Below, in pieces: positions 31,633 to 41,889 of a stretch of DNA of 64,000 nt (positions are counted from its first letter, which is position 1; each line of letters opens with the position of its first letter). The stretch is from Bacteroidia bacterium (GTDB lineage: Bacteria; Bacteroidota; Bacteroidia; JACCXN01): assembly GCA_046299555.1 (NCBI GenBank), contig JBKBHS010000003.1, positions 268,481 through 332,480 on the forward strand. Reading direction: 5' to 3'. The position numbers were made by a program, and so were the translations under genes. Under the pieces are notes generated by a model. The model saw only the letters and a program-made list of their open reading frames with translations, did not search any database and had not been told where the DNA came from.

Positions 31633-33030
31633 TTAGTGTTTTACAATTTTATACGTTTTATAATCTCCATTGCTTAACAGTTCCATTAAAATATAAACGG
31701 ATGATGTAAGCGTTTTTTGAGGGATAATTTGATTTTCTCTTATTTCAATTGGAATAATTTCTCCGCTAAATGAATATAATTTATATGATGCATCTATATT
31801 GAAGTTTTTTAAATAAAAAGAATCACAGAAAGGATTGGGGTAAATATTATTTAAAAACTCCGCATCTTGTAATTTTATTTGTGATAATAATCCATTACTG
31901 GTTAAATGCAAAAGATATTGTTGAGTATCAAATCCCTCTATATAACTTTGCCCGGTAATAAGTAAGCCACCAGATTGTGAAGGTATAATTTGAAAGCCGA
32001 TATCAATACCTGAACCCCCATAAAATCGTTGCCATAAAACAGTTCCGCTTTGGTTAATTTTAAAAACTGATAAATTAATTGGCATTGTTGTATCGTTGCT
32101 GTTACTATATCCGGTAAGTATAAAATTGCCATCAATATCTTCAATGGCTGAAAATGCGGCATCGGTGCCGCTCCACCCTAAATTATATTGCCACAATTGA
32201 TTTCCTGAACTGTCAACCATTAAAGTATAATAATCAAAATCTAATCCTATTCCCGTATGTGTTTCGCCAAAAACAAATATTTTTTGATTTTGAGTTAATA
32301 AAACACCTTGACTCCCGTTATCGTATTGATTGCCGTAATTTCTATCCCATAACAAATTTCCATTTTTATCTAGTTTAATTAAATACACATCGTATCCACC
32401 AACTGAAAAGCTTCTAGTATCTCCGGAAACATAAATAGTAGAGTCCGACATTTGTATAATTCCACTGGAATAATCATTATCAGTGCCTCCTATAGAATTA
32501 TCCCAAATTAAGTTCCCCAATGTATCTAGTTTTGCAATGTAAATATTGTTCGAATTAAAATTATCACTAATAAAACCACAAATTAGGTATTGATTATCTA
32601 AACTGTAAATAATTTGTCGTGGAGAAAGATTTTGAATTTTATTTATTTGGTTTTGCCATATAATAGATCCGGATGTATCAACTTTTATAATTCCGATTCC
32701 AATATCACTAATCGAATTGTATTTTTCATACACAAAAGTTATTTTATTATTTTTAAACACCATACTGATACCAAAATCATTTAAAGTATCTCCATAGTAT
32801 TTAGTCCATATTAAATTTCCACTACTATCGCATTTTGTTAAATTAACTTGAGCATTATTATTAAAAACTGTTGTTCCAAGTAAATACATATTTTTATCAG
32901 CGTCTTGAATTACATTTCTGCTTAAATCGGGCAACAAATCGCCATAATAATTTTCAAAAAAGGCTATTTGCGCTTTTGTGGTAAAAACTATTAATAATTT
33001 AATGAATAATATCAGCTTTTTAAACTTCAT
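31633..33030 (-). CDS. T9SS type-A CTD protein with beta-propeller-like repeats (465 aa)
   Basis: Repeated ...GNLIW...G.D. units (YVTN/PQQ-like propeller signature) and C-terminal NIYPNPFCDSFYLK... sorting domain. Confidence 0.6.
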   Translation of the reverse strand: MKFKKLILFIKLLIVFTTKAQIAFFENYYGDLLPDLSRNVIQDADKNMYLLGTTVFNNNAQVNLTKCDSSGNLIWTKYYGDTLNDFGISMVFKNNKITFVYEKYNSISDIGIGIIKVDTSGSIIWQNQINKIQNLSPRQIIYSLDNQYLICGFISDNFNSNNIYIAKLDTLGNLIWDNSIGGTDNDYSSGIIQMSDSTIYVSGDTRSFSVGGYDVYLIKLDKNGNLLWDRNYGNQYDNGSQGVLLTQNQKIFVFGETHTGIGLDFDYYTLMVDSSGNQLWQYNLGWSGTDAAFSAIEDIDGNFILTGYSNSNDTTMPINLSVFKINQSGTVLWQRFYGGSGIDIGFQIIPSQSGGLLITGQSYIEGFDTQQYLLHLTSNGLLSQIKLQDAEFLNNIYPNPFCDSFYLKNFNIDASYKLYSFSGEIIPIEIRENQIIPQKTLTSSVYILMELLSNGDYKTYKIVKH

Positions 33031-33107
33031 ATTTCACAAATTTATCGATTAAAATTGTTTGGTATAAATTATTTATTTAATATTGAATTAATTTTAATAT
33101 AACATCT

Positions 33108-35012
33108 ATGAAAAAACAACTAACTCTTTTACTCTCTGCAATTATTGCAGGACAAATGGCTTCAGCACAATCGCAAAGACTTTGTATGGCAGAAGGTTTT
33201 TCAAATGCAAGTTGTGGTCCATGCGCTGCTCAAAATCCTGCATATAATGCATTAATTAATGCTAACTCTACTAAAGTTGTAAGCATTAAATATCAAACTA
33301 ACTGGCCCGGTACGGATCCAATGAATGCTCAAACTCAAAGCGATGTTGCACCAAGAGTTTCCTATTATAATGTATCTGGTGTACCATGGGGGGCATTAGA
33401 CGGTACAGCACATACAGGTTCAAGTTATACGGGAGCATTAGCCAATCTTAATCAAACAAAAATTGATAACAGATATGCTGTTCCTTCTCCATTCTCAATG
33501 ACTGTAACTCATACTCCCAGCAGCGATTATGACTCAGTAAGTATAAGTGTAACCATTACAGCTTCACAAAATTTTTCTACAAGTGGAACAAATACGCTAA
33601 CGCTACATACAGCTATTATTGAAAAAGAAATTAAATTTGATACTCCTCCTGGAAGCAATGGAGAAACTGTTTTTCATGGTGTAATGAGAAAAATGTTACC
33701 TAATGGAAACGGCACATCGCTACCTACGTCATGGACTAATGGACAGTCGCAAACTATCACTTTTGATGTTCCTATTCCTAGTTATATTTATGACTTAAAT
33801 CAATTAGCTGTAGTAACATTTGTTCAAGAAAATGGAAGCAAAGAAATTCATCAAGCCGGATACAGTGCTCCTCAACCATTGGCAGTTGATGGAGGTATTA
33901 GTGCTATTACAAATGTTCCTGTATTAACTTGCTCTACTTCTTTTATCCCTTCATACACAATTAAAAATTTTGGAACCTCTACATTAACCACAGCTTATGT
34001 AAAATATCAAGTTGATAATGGCCCGATTGATAGTGTTTTATGGAACGGTAACTTAGCTACCAATGCCACTCAAACCATTGCATTACCAACAATAACTTCT
34101 ACTCCCGGCTCTCATACATTAAAAGTTTGGACATCTAATCCAAACAATACAACCGATTTTAATGCGGGTAACAATCAAAAAACAGCTAAATTCAATATTT
34201 TAGGTACAGGTATTAACCCTCCCGTTCAAGAAGGATTTCAAGCAAGCACTTTCCCTCCTACCAATTGGATTCTTGACAACCCGGATAATGGCCCAACATG
34301 GTCGAGAGTTTCAAATGCCGGTAGCCAAAGTTCTTCTGCATCAGCCAGAATGTTTTTTTATAACAGTCCCGCCAATCAAATAGATGATTTATATTTACCA
34401 ATGCTTGATTTCACATCTGTTACAAGCCCGATGAACTTAAAGTTTGATGTAGCTTATGCTTCTTACCAAGGCGAACAAGATCAATTACAAATAAGGGTTT
34501 CTACTAATTGTGGTCAAACATGGACTACTGTTTTTGATAAAGCCGGTTCTACTTTAGCCACAGCACCAAATACTACCAGTTCATTTGTACCTAATGCTAC
34601 ACAATGGAGGGCAGAATCTGTAAGTTTAAACCAATTTATTGGTCAAAGTCAAGTTTTAATTCAATTTAGAGGAATAAGCAAATTCGGTAATAATTTATTT
34701 GTAGATAATATCAACATTTTAAACACTACCGGAATTAATGAAGACAATTCTGATAAGTTTAATTTTAACGTCTTCCCAAATCCTTTCAACAATATTGCTA
34801 CCATATCGTTTAATAATACAGAAAATCAAAATGTAACCATTTCTGTATTTGATGCATTTGGAAAGCAAATTTCTCAAATTAATAAAGGAGAATTAGCTGC
34901 CGGAGAATACACTGAACAATTTGATGGCTCTAACCTACCTGCAGGAATTTACTTTGTAAATATTACTGCCGGAAACAGCAGTGTAACTAAGAAAGTTTCA
35001 ATAACTAAATAA
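33108..35012 (+). CDS. Omp28-related thioredoxin-like (CGPC) surface protein with T9SS type-A CTD (634 aa)
   Basis: Signal peptide. N-terminal MAEGFSNASCGPCAAQNP (Omp28-family motif containing the canonical CGPC), long Ser/Thr/Asn-rich middle, and C-terminal NVFPNPFNN...AGIYFVNIT... sorting domain. Confidence 0.6.
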   Translation: MKKQLTLLLSAIIAGQMASAQSQRLCMAEGFSNASCGPCAAQNPAYNALINANSTKVVSIKYQTNWPGTDPMNAQTQSDVAPRVSYYNVSGVPWGALDGTAHTGSSYTGALANLNQTKIDNRYAVPSPFSMTVTHTPSSDYDSVSISVTITASQNFSTSGTNTLTLHTAIIEKEIKFDTPPGSNGETVFHGVMRKMLPNGNGTSLPTSWTNGQSQTITFDVPIPSYIYDLNQLAVVTFVQENGSKEIHQAGYSAPQPLAVDGGISAITNVPVLTCSTSFIPSYTIKNFGTSTLTTAYVKYQVDNGPIDSVLWNGNLATNATQTIALPTITSTPGSHTLKVWTSNPNNTTDFNAGNNQKTAKFNILGTGINPPVQEGFQASTFPPTNWILDNPDNGPTWSRVSNAGSQSSSASARMFFYNSPANQIDDLYLPMLDFTSVTSPMNLKFDVAYASYQGEQDQLQIRVSTNCGQTWTTVFDKAGSTLATAPNTTSSFVPNATQWRAESVSLNQFIGQSQVLIQFRGISKFGNNLFVDNINILNTTGINEDNSDKFNFNVFPNPFNNIATISFNNTENQNVTISVFDAFGKQISQINKGELAAGEYTEQFDGSNLPAGIYFVNITAGNSSVTKKVSITK

Positions 35013-35030
35013 TTTTAATTTGAAATTTCA

Positions 35031-35070
35031 AACAACGGCCTGTAATTTGCAGGCCGTTGTTATTTAAAAT
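35031..35070 (+). terminator. Terminator hairpin AACAACGGCCTG-taatttg-CAGGCCGTTGTT after the 33108-35012 gene
   Basis: 12-bp perfect stem. Trailing sequence is only moderately T-rich. Confidence 0.5.
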
Positions 35071-35081
35071 CAATAATTCCT

Positions 35082-35603
35082 ATGAAAAAGCTATTAACTG
35101 CAACACTCCTTTTGTTTATTGCAATTACTACACAAGCCCAATCTGAAAACGGAAGAAAAATTCCGGCTGTTGAAGTAAAAAAATTAGATGGCACCAATTT
35201 TAACACCAAAGAAATCTCAAACAATGGGAAACCCATTATTATTAGCTTTTGGGCCACCTGGTGTACTCCCTGCAAAAAAGAACTAAATACCATTCACGAT
35301 TTGTATGATGACTGGAGAGCCGAAACAGGAGTTAAATTAATTGCTGTATCTATTGACGATGCCCGAAACATTCAAAAAGTAGCTCCTTATGTAAACGGCC
35401 GCAATTGGGAATTTGAGGTATATATTGACCCTAATCAGGATTTTAAACGTGCGATGAATGTAAACAACGTGCCTCACACCTTTCTATTAAACGGAAACGG
35501 AGAAGTTGTATATCAACATAATTCTTATGCCGAAGGCGATGAATTAAAATTATACGAACTAGTTAAAAAAGTGGCTAAAGGCGAAGCTATCAACGAAAAA
35601 TAA
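35082..35603 (+). CDS. TlpA-family periplasmic thiol-disulfide oxidoreductase (redoxin)
   Basis: Signal peptide and WATWCTPCKKELNTIHDLYDDW active-site context typical of TlpA/ResA-like redoxins. Confidence 0.8.
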   Translation: MKKLLTATLLLFIAITTQAQSENGRKIPAVEVKKLDGTNFNTKEISNNGKPIIISFWATWCTPCKKELNTIHDLYDDWRAETGVKLIAVSIDDARNIQKVAPYVNGRNWEFEVYIDPNQDFKRAMNVNNVPHTFLLNGNGEVVYQHNSYAEGDELKLYELVKKVAKGEAINEK

Positions 35604-35633
35604 ATTCTTTTACCGCTTATCTTTCATTTAACA

Positions 35634-37277
35634 ATGAAAAAAATAATGCTTTGCATTTTTTGTCTCTTGGGCATTAATGCATCTTATTCACAAATAATGG
35701 ATCAACTTTCAAAAGGTGAGATTCATGGAAATTTCCAAACCGATGTTCAGTATTACAATAAAGATTCATTAATTGGCGCTCCTATTGTTCCGGAAAAAAT
35801 GCTGATGAATGGCTTCGCCAATTTAATTTATACCAACGGCCCTTTTAGCGCTGGAATTCGTTACGAAAGTTATTTAAACGCATTACAAGGCTTCGATCCC
35901 AACTATAAAGGCAATGGTATTCCTTTCAGATATGCTAATTACAATAATGATGGATTAGATGTTACCATTGGTAATTTCTACGAACAATTTGGAAGTGGTT
36001 TAATTTTTAGAACCTATGAAGAAAGAGGACTTGGTGTGGATAATGCCATGGATGGATTTCGTTTAAAATACTCTCCTTTTAATGGAATTTATTTAAAAGG
36101 AGTAATTGGCAAACAACGTTTATTCTTTTCCGAAGGCCCAGGTATTGTAAGAGGGCTTGATGGTGAAATAATGGTAAACGAATTAAAAGAAGCATGGCTT
36201 GAAAATAAATTAAAAGTAATTATAGGTGGTAGCTTTATTAGCAAATATCAAAAAGATGAAGACCCCACTTATGTACTTCCTGAAAATGTGGGTGCATGGG
36301 CTTCACGCGCACAATTGGCTTATGGAAAGTTTAGCTTAACAGGCGAGTATGCCTACAAAATAAACGACCCTTCGTTTATGAATAATTACATTTATAAACC
36401 GGGCGATGCGCAATTTCTCTCTGCAAGTTTTAGTCAAAAAGGACTGGGTATTACCTTATCTGCCAAACGAATTGACAATATGGATTTTCGTTCAGACAGA
36501 AATGAAACAGGGAATAACTTAATGATTAATTATCTCCCTGCATTAACTCGTCAGCATACTTATAATTTGGCAGCAACACTTTACCCATATGCCAGTCAAA
36601 CTGTGGGAGAAATAGGTTATCAGGCCGATATAGTCTACACCATTAAAAAAGGTTCACTATTGGGTGGAAAATACGGAACTACTATTAATATTAATTACTC
36701 CCATTTTTATGCGCTAGATACTACTAACTTAAATGATATGACTACTACACGTCAGCGTTATAAAGCAGAATATTTCTCTGTTGGGAAACCGGTTTATTTC
36801 AGCGATTTTAATATAGAACTGAATAAAAAATTCAGTAATAAATTTAAAATGAACCTGATGTATATGAATCTGGTTTATAACATGGATGTAGTACTTGGAC
36901 TTGCAGGAAAAGGAACAGTATATGCCGATATTGGTGTAATTGATTTAGCTTATAAACTAAATAACAAACACACCATTAGAACCGAACTACAAAGCTTAAC
37001 AACCAAGCAAGATCAGGGCAATTGGGCTACAGGATTAATCGAATATACCTACTCTCCTAACTGGTTTATTGCCGTAATGGATCAATATAATTATGGAAAT
37101 CAAAATGCGGATTTACGCATACACTATCTTACCGGAACAATTGGTTACACTTGGAAAGCCAATAGAATAATGGCTACTTATGGTCGTCAAAGAGCCGGAG
37201 TATTTTGTGTAGGCGGTGTTTGTCGTTTTGTTCCGGCATCTAATGGTTTAACCCTAACAATAACCAGTAGTTTTTAG
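35634..37277 (+). CDS. Predicted outer-membrane beta-barrel / putative porin (DUF6029-like)
   Basis: Signal peptide, 547 aa, alternating beta-strand pattern, C-terminal ...LTLTITSSF. Confidence 0.5.
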   Translation: MKKIMLCIFCLLGINASYSQIMDQLSKGEIHGNFQTDVQYYNKDSLIGAPIVPEKMLMNGFANLIYTNGPFSAGIRYESYLNALQGFDPNYKGNGIPFRYANYNNDGLDVTIGNFYEQFGSGLIFRTYEERGLGVDNAMDGFRLKYSPFNGIYLKGVIGKQRLFFSEGPGIVRGLDGEIMVNELKEAWLENKLKVIIGGSFISKYQKDEDPTYVLPENVGAWASRAQLAYGKFSLTGEYAYKINDPSFMNNYIYKPGDAQFLSASFSQKGLGITLSAKRIDNMDFRSDRNETGNNLMINYLPALTRQHTYNLAATLYPYASQTVGEIGYQADIVYTIKKGSLLGGKYGTTININYSHFYALDTTNLNDMTTTRQRYKAEYFSVGKPVYFSDFNIELNKKFSNKFKMNLMYMNLVYNMDVVLGLAGKGTVYADIGVIDLAYKLNNKHTIRTELQSLTTKQDQGNWATGLIEYTYSPNWFIAVMDQYNYGNQNADLRIHYLTGTIGYTWKANRIMATYGRQRAGVFCVGGVCRFVPASNGLTLTITSSF

Positions 37278-37282
37278 TAAAT

Positions 37283-38206
37283 TTGAATATAATATTCTCC
37301 CCTATGAAGAGACTTCTATCTATAACACTAATTACAGGGATAATTTTAGGATTAAACTCCTGCGATTATGTAAAACAGCCTTTTGAAAATATAATTGTAT
37401 CTGCGCTTGATACTACCAATACATTTAACGATAATGATTCTATTCCCATTCAACGAATATTGGTTGAAGAATTTACCGGACACACTTGCGGGAATTGCCC
37501 TGAAGCTGCATATATTTTAGACAGTTTGAAAAAAAATATTTACAAAGAACAAATGATTTTGGTGAGCATTCACGCTGGATTTTTTGCAGAGCCTTATACA
37601 AGTGGAACAAAATATTTAACCGATTTTAGAACTGCTTCAGGTGATACATATTTTAACGACTTTAACGTACAAGGCACTCCCAAAGCAATGATAAATCGTA
37701 ATCGCTCAATTATAAATAATGGCAATTATGCTTTTACATCTCCAAGTCAATGGAACACCGTTTTAAATGCTTTAAAAGACAGCACTCCATCAGCGCAAAT
37801 ATTACTATCATTTATGTATGATGAAAGTTCCAGAAATTTAAGTACAAGTGTAAAAATTCCAATTCTAAAAAACTTAAATGGTAGCTATGCATTAGTACTT
37901 TATTTTATTGAAGACAATATAGTTGATTGGCAAAAAATTTATCCTAACAAACCCGTTCCGGGTTATGGTACGGGCGATATAGAATTTTATACCCATAAAC
38001 ATGTATTGCGCGGAACAATAAACGGAACTTGGGGCGAAACTGTAATTACAAGTGCTGCTACCATAGGTGATACTTTAACCAAAAATTATTCAGCATTTAA
38101 TGTAAAAACAGATTGGAATATTGATAATGGTTATATAGTAGCCTATTTATACAACACTGCTACAAAAGAAATTTTACAAGCAAGAGAAAAGAAAATTAAA
38201 CCCTGA
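37283..38206 (+). CDS. Omp28-related outer-membrane lipoprotein with CxxC (CGNC) thioredoxin-like motif
   Basis: Lipobox (ILGLNSC) and EEFTGHTCGNCPEA, matching the Omp28-family signature. Confidence 0.65.
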   Translation: MNIIFSPMKRLLSITLITGIILGLNSCDYVKQPFENIIVSALDTTNTFNDNDSIPIQRILVEEFTGHTCGNCPEAAYILDSLKKNIYKEQMILVSIHAGFFAEPYTSGTKYLTDFRTASGDTYFNDFNVQGTPKAMINRNRSIINNGNYAFTSPSQWNTVLNALKDSTPSAQILLSFMYDESSRNLSTSVKIPILKNLNGSYALVLYFIEDNIVDWQKIYPNKPVPGYGTGDIEFYTHKHVLRGTINGTWGETVITSAATIGDTLTKNYSAFNVKTDWNIDNGYIVAYLYNTATKEILQAREKKIKP

Positions 38207-38260
38207 TTAGTAAACATCTTTTAACTTTCTGCGTTTGACCTTAAAACGTATATTTGTTTA

Positions 38261-38887
38261 ATGCAAAAGTTAAAATCAATAATGCTTCTATTTCTTTTTA
38301 TCAGCTCTTCTACAATTGCTCAAAATGTAGAAACTGAAAAAATATCAGAATTTAAAGCCGGCCTTATTGCAGGAATAAGTACATCACAAATTTCAGGAGA
38401 TAATTTAGCGGGTTTCAGAAAATTTGGAATTAATGCCGGAGTTTTTTCACGCTATACCTTTAGCCCAAAATATAGTGCCCAATTTGAAGTTACCTTTATT
38501 CAAAAAGGCAGCCGCAAAACTCCCGACCCGGAAAATAATGATTACACTTTTTATCGTTTAAATTTAAACTACATAGAGATACCGGTTTTGTTGAAATACA
38601 AACACAAACACTTTGTATTTGAAGCAGGGCCTTATGCCTCTTACCTTATAAATTTTCAAGAAGAAAATGAGCAAGGCACTCTCCCCTTTATAAGGCCATT
38701 TTATAAATATGATATTGGAGGTGCCATAGGAATAAATTTTGATTTTAATGAACATTTACAGATGAACTGGCGTTATACCAACTCATGGTTTCCTGTTAGG
38801 CCGCATTTATCCAATGCCAACTTTCGCTGGAACAGAGGTCAGTTAAATTCGGTAATTGAATTTACGCTGCACTATGAATTTAATTAA
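38261..38887 (+). CDS. Small outer-membrane beta-barrel protein (OmpA-like / porin family, 208 aa)
   Basis: Signal peptide, alternating strands, terminal ...TLHYEFN. Confidence 0.55.
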   Translation: MQKLKSIMLLFLFISSSTIAQNVETEKISEFKAGLIAGISTSQISGDNLAGFRKFGINAGVFSRYTFSPKYSAQFEVTFIQKGSRKTPDPENNDYTFYRLNLNYIEIPVLLKYKHKHFVFEAGPYASYLINFQEENEQGTLPFIRPFYKYDIGGAIGINFDFNEHLQMNWRYTNSWFPVRPHLSNANFRWNRGQLNSVIEFTLHYEFN

Positions 38888-38897
38888 TGTTTAAACA

Positions 38898-39464
38898 ATG
38901 AATAATAAACAAAAAATTGTAGTTGCAGTTAGCGGTGCAAGTGGTGCTATTTATGCTAAAGTTTTATTTGACAAATTAGCAGCATTAAAAGAGCAGACAG
39001 ACGCTATTGGAGTGGTAATGAGCGATAATGCCAAAGATGTATGGAAATATGAATTAGGGAACAGCGATTACGAAAAATATCCATTTAACTTTTATCATAA
39101 AAACGATTTTTTTGCCCCTTTTGCATCAGGCTCTGCCAATTACACCAGTATGATTATTTGCCCCTGCTCTATGGGAACCTTGGCAAGAATTGCAAGCGGA
39201 GTTTCAAATGATTTACCAACAAGAGCTGCTGATGTAATATTGAAAGAAAGAAGAAAATTGGTTTTGGTATTGCGCGATACTCCTTACAATCTTATTCATA
39301 TCAATAATATGAAAACGGTAACCGAAGCCGGAGGAATTATTTGCCCTGCTTCGCCCTCGTTTTACAGCAAACCACAAAATTTTGAAGAGCTTGCCGGCAC
39401 AGTAATAGACAGGGCTCTAAGCCTATGTGGTTTCGATTTAAAAAAATACGAGTGGGGAGAATAA
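38898..39464 (+). CDS. ubiX: Flavin prenyltransferase UbiX
   Basis: KIVVAVSGASGAIYAKVLFDKL... flavoprotein fold, 188 aa. Confidence 0.85.
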   Translation: MNNKQKIVVAVSGASGAIYAKVLFDKLAALKEQTDAIGVVMSDNAKDVWKYELGNSDYEKYPFNFYHKNDFFAPFASGSANYTSMIICPCSMGTLARIASGVSNDLPTRAADVILKERRKLVLVLRDTPYNLIHINNMKTVTEAGGIICPASPSFYSKPQNFEELAGTVIDRALSLCGFDLKKYEWGE

Positions 39465-39633
39465 TTATATAAAAAATTTTCAGTAAAAAAGCAAGTTTTA
39501 TTTCATTTACTTCTCCACATATTAATTGTTAATTACTTTTTAACGGCATTTAACGTTTTTAACGCAACATTTAAAATCTTTGAATCGTTACACATAGTAG
39601 TTTTTTTAGTATTAACTAAAAACTTAAAGGGAT

Positions 39634-39828
39634 ATGCTTGAATTAACTAAACACATCTTACAACGTGTAAGTTTCGATAAATTACTATTTCGTAAAGAAT
39701 TAACCAAAGCTTTAAAATGGCTTAAAAAAGAAGAGGCGCTTTTGTTACAAGCATGGTGTATTTCAACATTTAGCTCAGAAGAATTCAAAGCTATTATAAG
39801 AGAAGTATTTAAAAAGGTAGTAGCTTAA
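39634..39828 (+). CDS. Hypothetical small helical protein (64 aa), uncertain
   Basis: ORF only. Its 3' end overlaps the 3' end of convergent queG by 4 bp. No recognisable motif. Confidence 0.25.
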   Translation: MLELTKHILQRVSFDKLLFRKELTKALKWLKKEEALLLQAWCISTFSSEEFKAIIREVFKKVVA

Positions 39829-40763
39829 AAGTCAGGTTTTAAAAACTGAATATTTCTTTTCAGGCCGTTAAACTTAGTACGTTTAACGGCTGATTTTTTA
39901 AATACTTTATTAAAAGTTTCTTCTGTTAAATTTTCAAAATCTTTTTTAGTCATTTCCAGCAGCGATAACTGAGGCTCAAATCGTGGTTCATTATGAGGCA
40001 TTGAAAAACGATTCCATGGGCACACATCCTGACAGATATCGCAACCAAATATCCAGTTTTCAAATTTACCTTTAACATCTTTCGGAATTTCGTTTTTTAA
40101 TTCAATGGTAAAATACGAAATACATTTACTACCATCTACTACATAGGGTTCGATAATGGCATCGGTTGGGCAAGCATCTATACACCTGGTGCAGGTGCCG
40201 CAATAATCTTTTATGGGGCCATCTTCCGGCAATTCTAAATCCAATATTATTTCTCCAATAAAAAAGAAAGAACCTTGCTGTTTGTTAATTAAGTTTGAAT
40301 TTTTTCCTATCCATCCCAAGCCGCTTTTCTTTGCCCATGCTTTATCCATAACAGGAGCAGAATCTACAAATACTCGTCCGTTAATTTCGCCAAATTGTTC
40401 TTTTATAAATTCAAATAATTGATAGAGTTTATCCTTTACCACCACATGGTAATCTTCGCCATAAGCATATTTCGAAATTTTTAGTGTTTCAACATCAATT
40501 TGTTTTTTATCGGTGTAATAATTGTATAAAACAGAAATTACAGACTTAGCTCCATCAACCAGCAAACGCGGATCGAGACGTTTATCAAAGTTTTTAGCAA
40601 TATATTGCATTTCGCCATGGCGATTTTCCTTAAGCCATTTTTCTAATCGTGGTGCTTCTTCTTCTAAAAATGTGGCTTTTGAAATTCCACAAAAATCAAA
40701 GCCAATGGCTTTAGCCTTTTGTTTAATTAATTGTGCAGCATTTTCTTTGATAAAATGATTCAA
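39825..40763 (-). CDS. queG: Epoxyqueuosine reductase
   Basis: DUF1730-type N-terminus plus two 4Fe-4S motifs ([12 protein letters not shown]; [11 protein letters not shown]). Confidence 0.85.
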   Translation of the reverse strand: MNHFIKENAAQLIKQKAKAIGFDFCGISKATFLEEEAPRLEKWLKENRHGEMQYIAKNFDKRLDPRLLVDGAKSVISVLYNYYTDKKQIDVETLKISKYAYGEDYHVVVKDKLYQLFEFIKEQFGEINGRVFVDSAPVMDKAWAKKSGLGWIGKNSNLINKQQGSFFFIGEIILDLELPEDGPIKDYCGTCTRCIDACPTDAIIEPYVVDGSKCISYFTIELKNEIPKDVKGKFENWIFGCDICQDVCPWNRFSMPHNEPRFEPQLSLLEMTKKDFENLTEETFNKVFKKSAVKRTKFNGLKRNIQFLKPDF

Positions 40764-41792
40764 TTAAATATCAAATAATGAATTTTGGCCGCTTCGAGGT
40801 AATTTCCCTAAATGTTTATATGCTTTTTCGGTAGCTTCTCTTCCACGAGGTGTACGGTGTAAATATCCTTCTTGAATCAAATAGGGTTCATAAACTTCTT
40901 CAATAGTTCCTGGTTGTTCGCCCACAGCTGTGGCAATGGTATTTAATCCAACCGGTCCTCCTTTAAACTTTTCAATTATGGCTGTTAAAATTTTATTATC
41001 CATTTCATCTAAACCATATTGATCTACATTTAATGCTTTTAAAGCAATATGGGTAATTTCCATATCAATTTTACCGGACCCTTTTATTTGGGCAAAATCG
41101 CGAACCCTTCTTAGCAATGCATTGGAAATACGCGGTGTTCCACGGCTACGGGAAGCAATTTCATAAGCTGCCTCTGCGCTAATTGGAACATTTAGTATGT
41201 ATGCCGAACGCTCAACTATGCCGGCTAAAACTTCTTTGCTGTAATATTCTAATCGAAAATTAATTCCAAATCGCGCTCTTAAGGGTGAAGTAAGTAAACC
41301 TGAACGAGTAGTTGCTCCTACCAATGTAAAAGGATTTAATTGTATTTGAATGCTACGGGCATTAGGGCCTGTATCAATCATAATATCAATTTTGTAATCT
41401 TCCATGGCAGAATATAAATATTCTTCCACAACCGGACTTAAACGATGTATTTCATCAATAAACAATACATCTCCTTTTTCTAAATTAGTAAGAAGTCCTG
41501 CCAAATCACCCGGTTTATCTAATACAGGGCCCGAAGTTATTTTTATATTTACGCCTAAATCGTTGGCGATAATATGGGAGAGTGTAGTTTTTCCCAATCC
41601 CGGAGGGCCATGCAGCAATACATGATCGAGTGCCTCTTTGCGTTGCTTGGCAGCTTCCACAAAAATTTTTAAATTACTTACTATCTGCTCTTGTCCGGCA
41701 AATTCGCTGAAAGTTGAGGGACGCAATACTTTTTCCAGCTCTTTGTCGGATACAGATAAATTTTCGTTTTCAGGATTTAATGATTCGTTCAT
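40764..41792 (-). CDS. ruvB: Holliday junction branch-migration helicase RuvB
   Basis: Walker A (GPPGLGKTT), Walker B ([10 protein letters not shown]), sensor and arginine finger, and a C-terminal winged helix. 342 aa. Confidence 0.95.
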   Translation of the reverse strand: MNESLNPENENLSVSDKELEKVLRPSTFSEFAGQEQIVSNLKIFVEAAKQRKEALDHVLLHGPPGLGKTTLSHIIANDLGVNIKITSGPVLDKPGDLAGLLTNLEKGDVLFIDEIHRLSPVVEEYLYSAMEDYKIDIMIDTGPNARSIQIQLNPFTLVGATTRSGLLTSPLRARFGINFRLEYYSKEVLAGIVERSAYILNVPISAEAAYEIASRSRGTPRISNALLRRVRDFAQIKGSGKIDMEITHIALKALNVDQYGLDEMDNKILTAIIEKFKGGPVGLNTIATAVGEQPGTIEEVYEPYLIQEGYLHRTPRGREATEKAYKHLGKLPRSGQNSLFDI

Positions 41793-41889
41793 TATTGCAA
41801 AATTAAGAAAAACAATAGCTGAATGATGAATATTTCATTTTTGTATGGAATAATTTATTTTTAAGGATTTAAATATTTTATACACACCT

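Noticed and set aside
38234-38256. Bacteroidota-type promoter (TTTG ... TAtaTTTG) immediately before the 38261 start
   Set aside because: The -7-like element ends only 5 bp before the ATG and the spacing to the upstream TTTG is off consensus, so it is not reported as a promoter. A similar TAtcTTTG sits just before the uvrC GTG start and was treated the same way.
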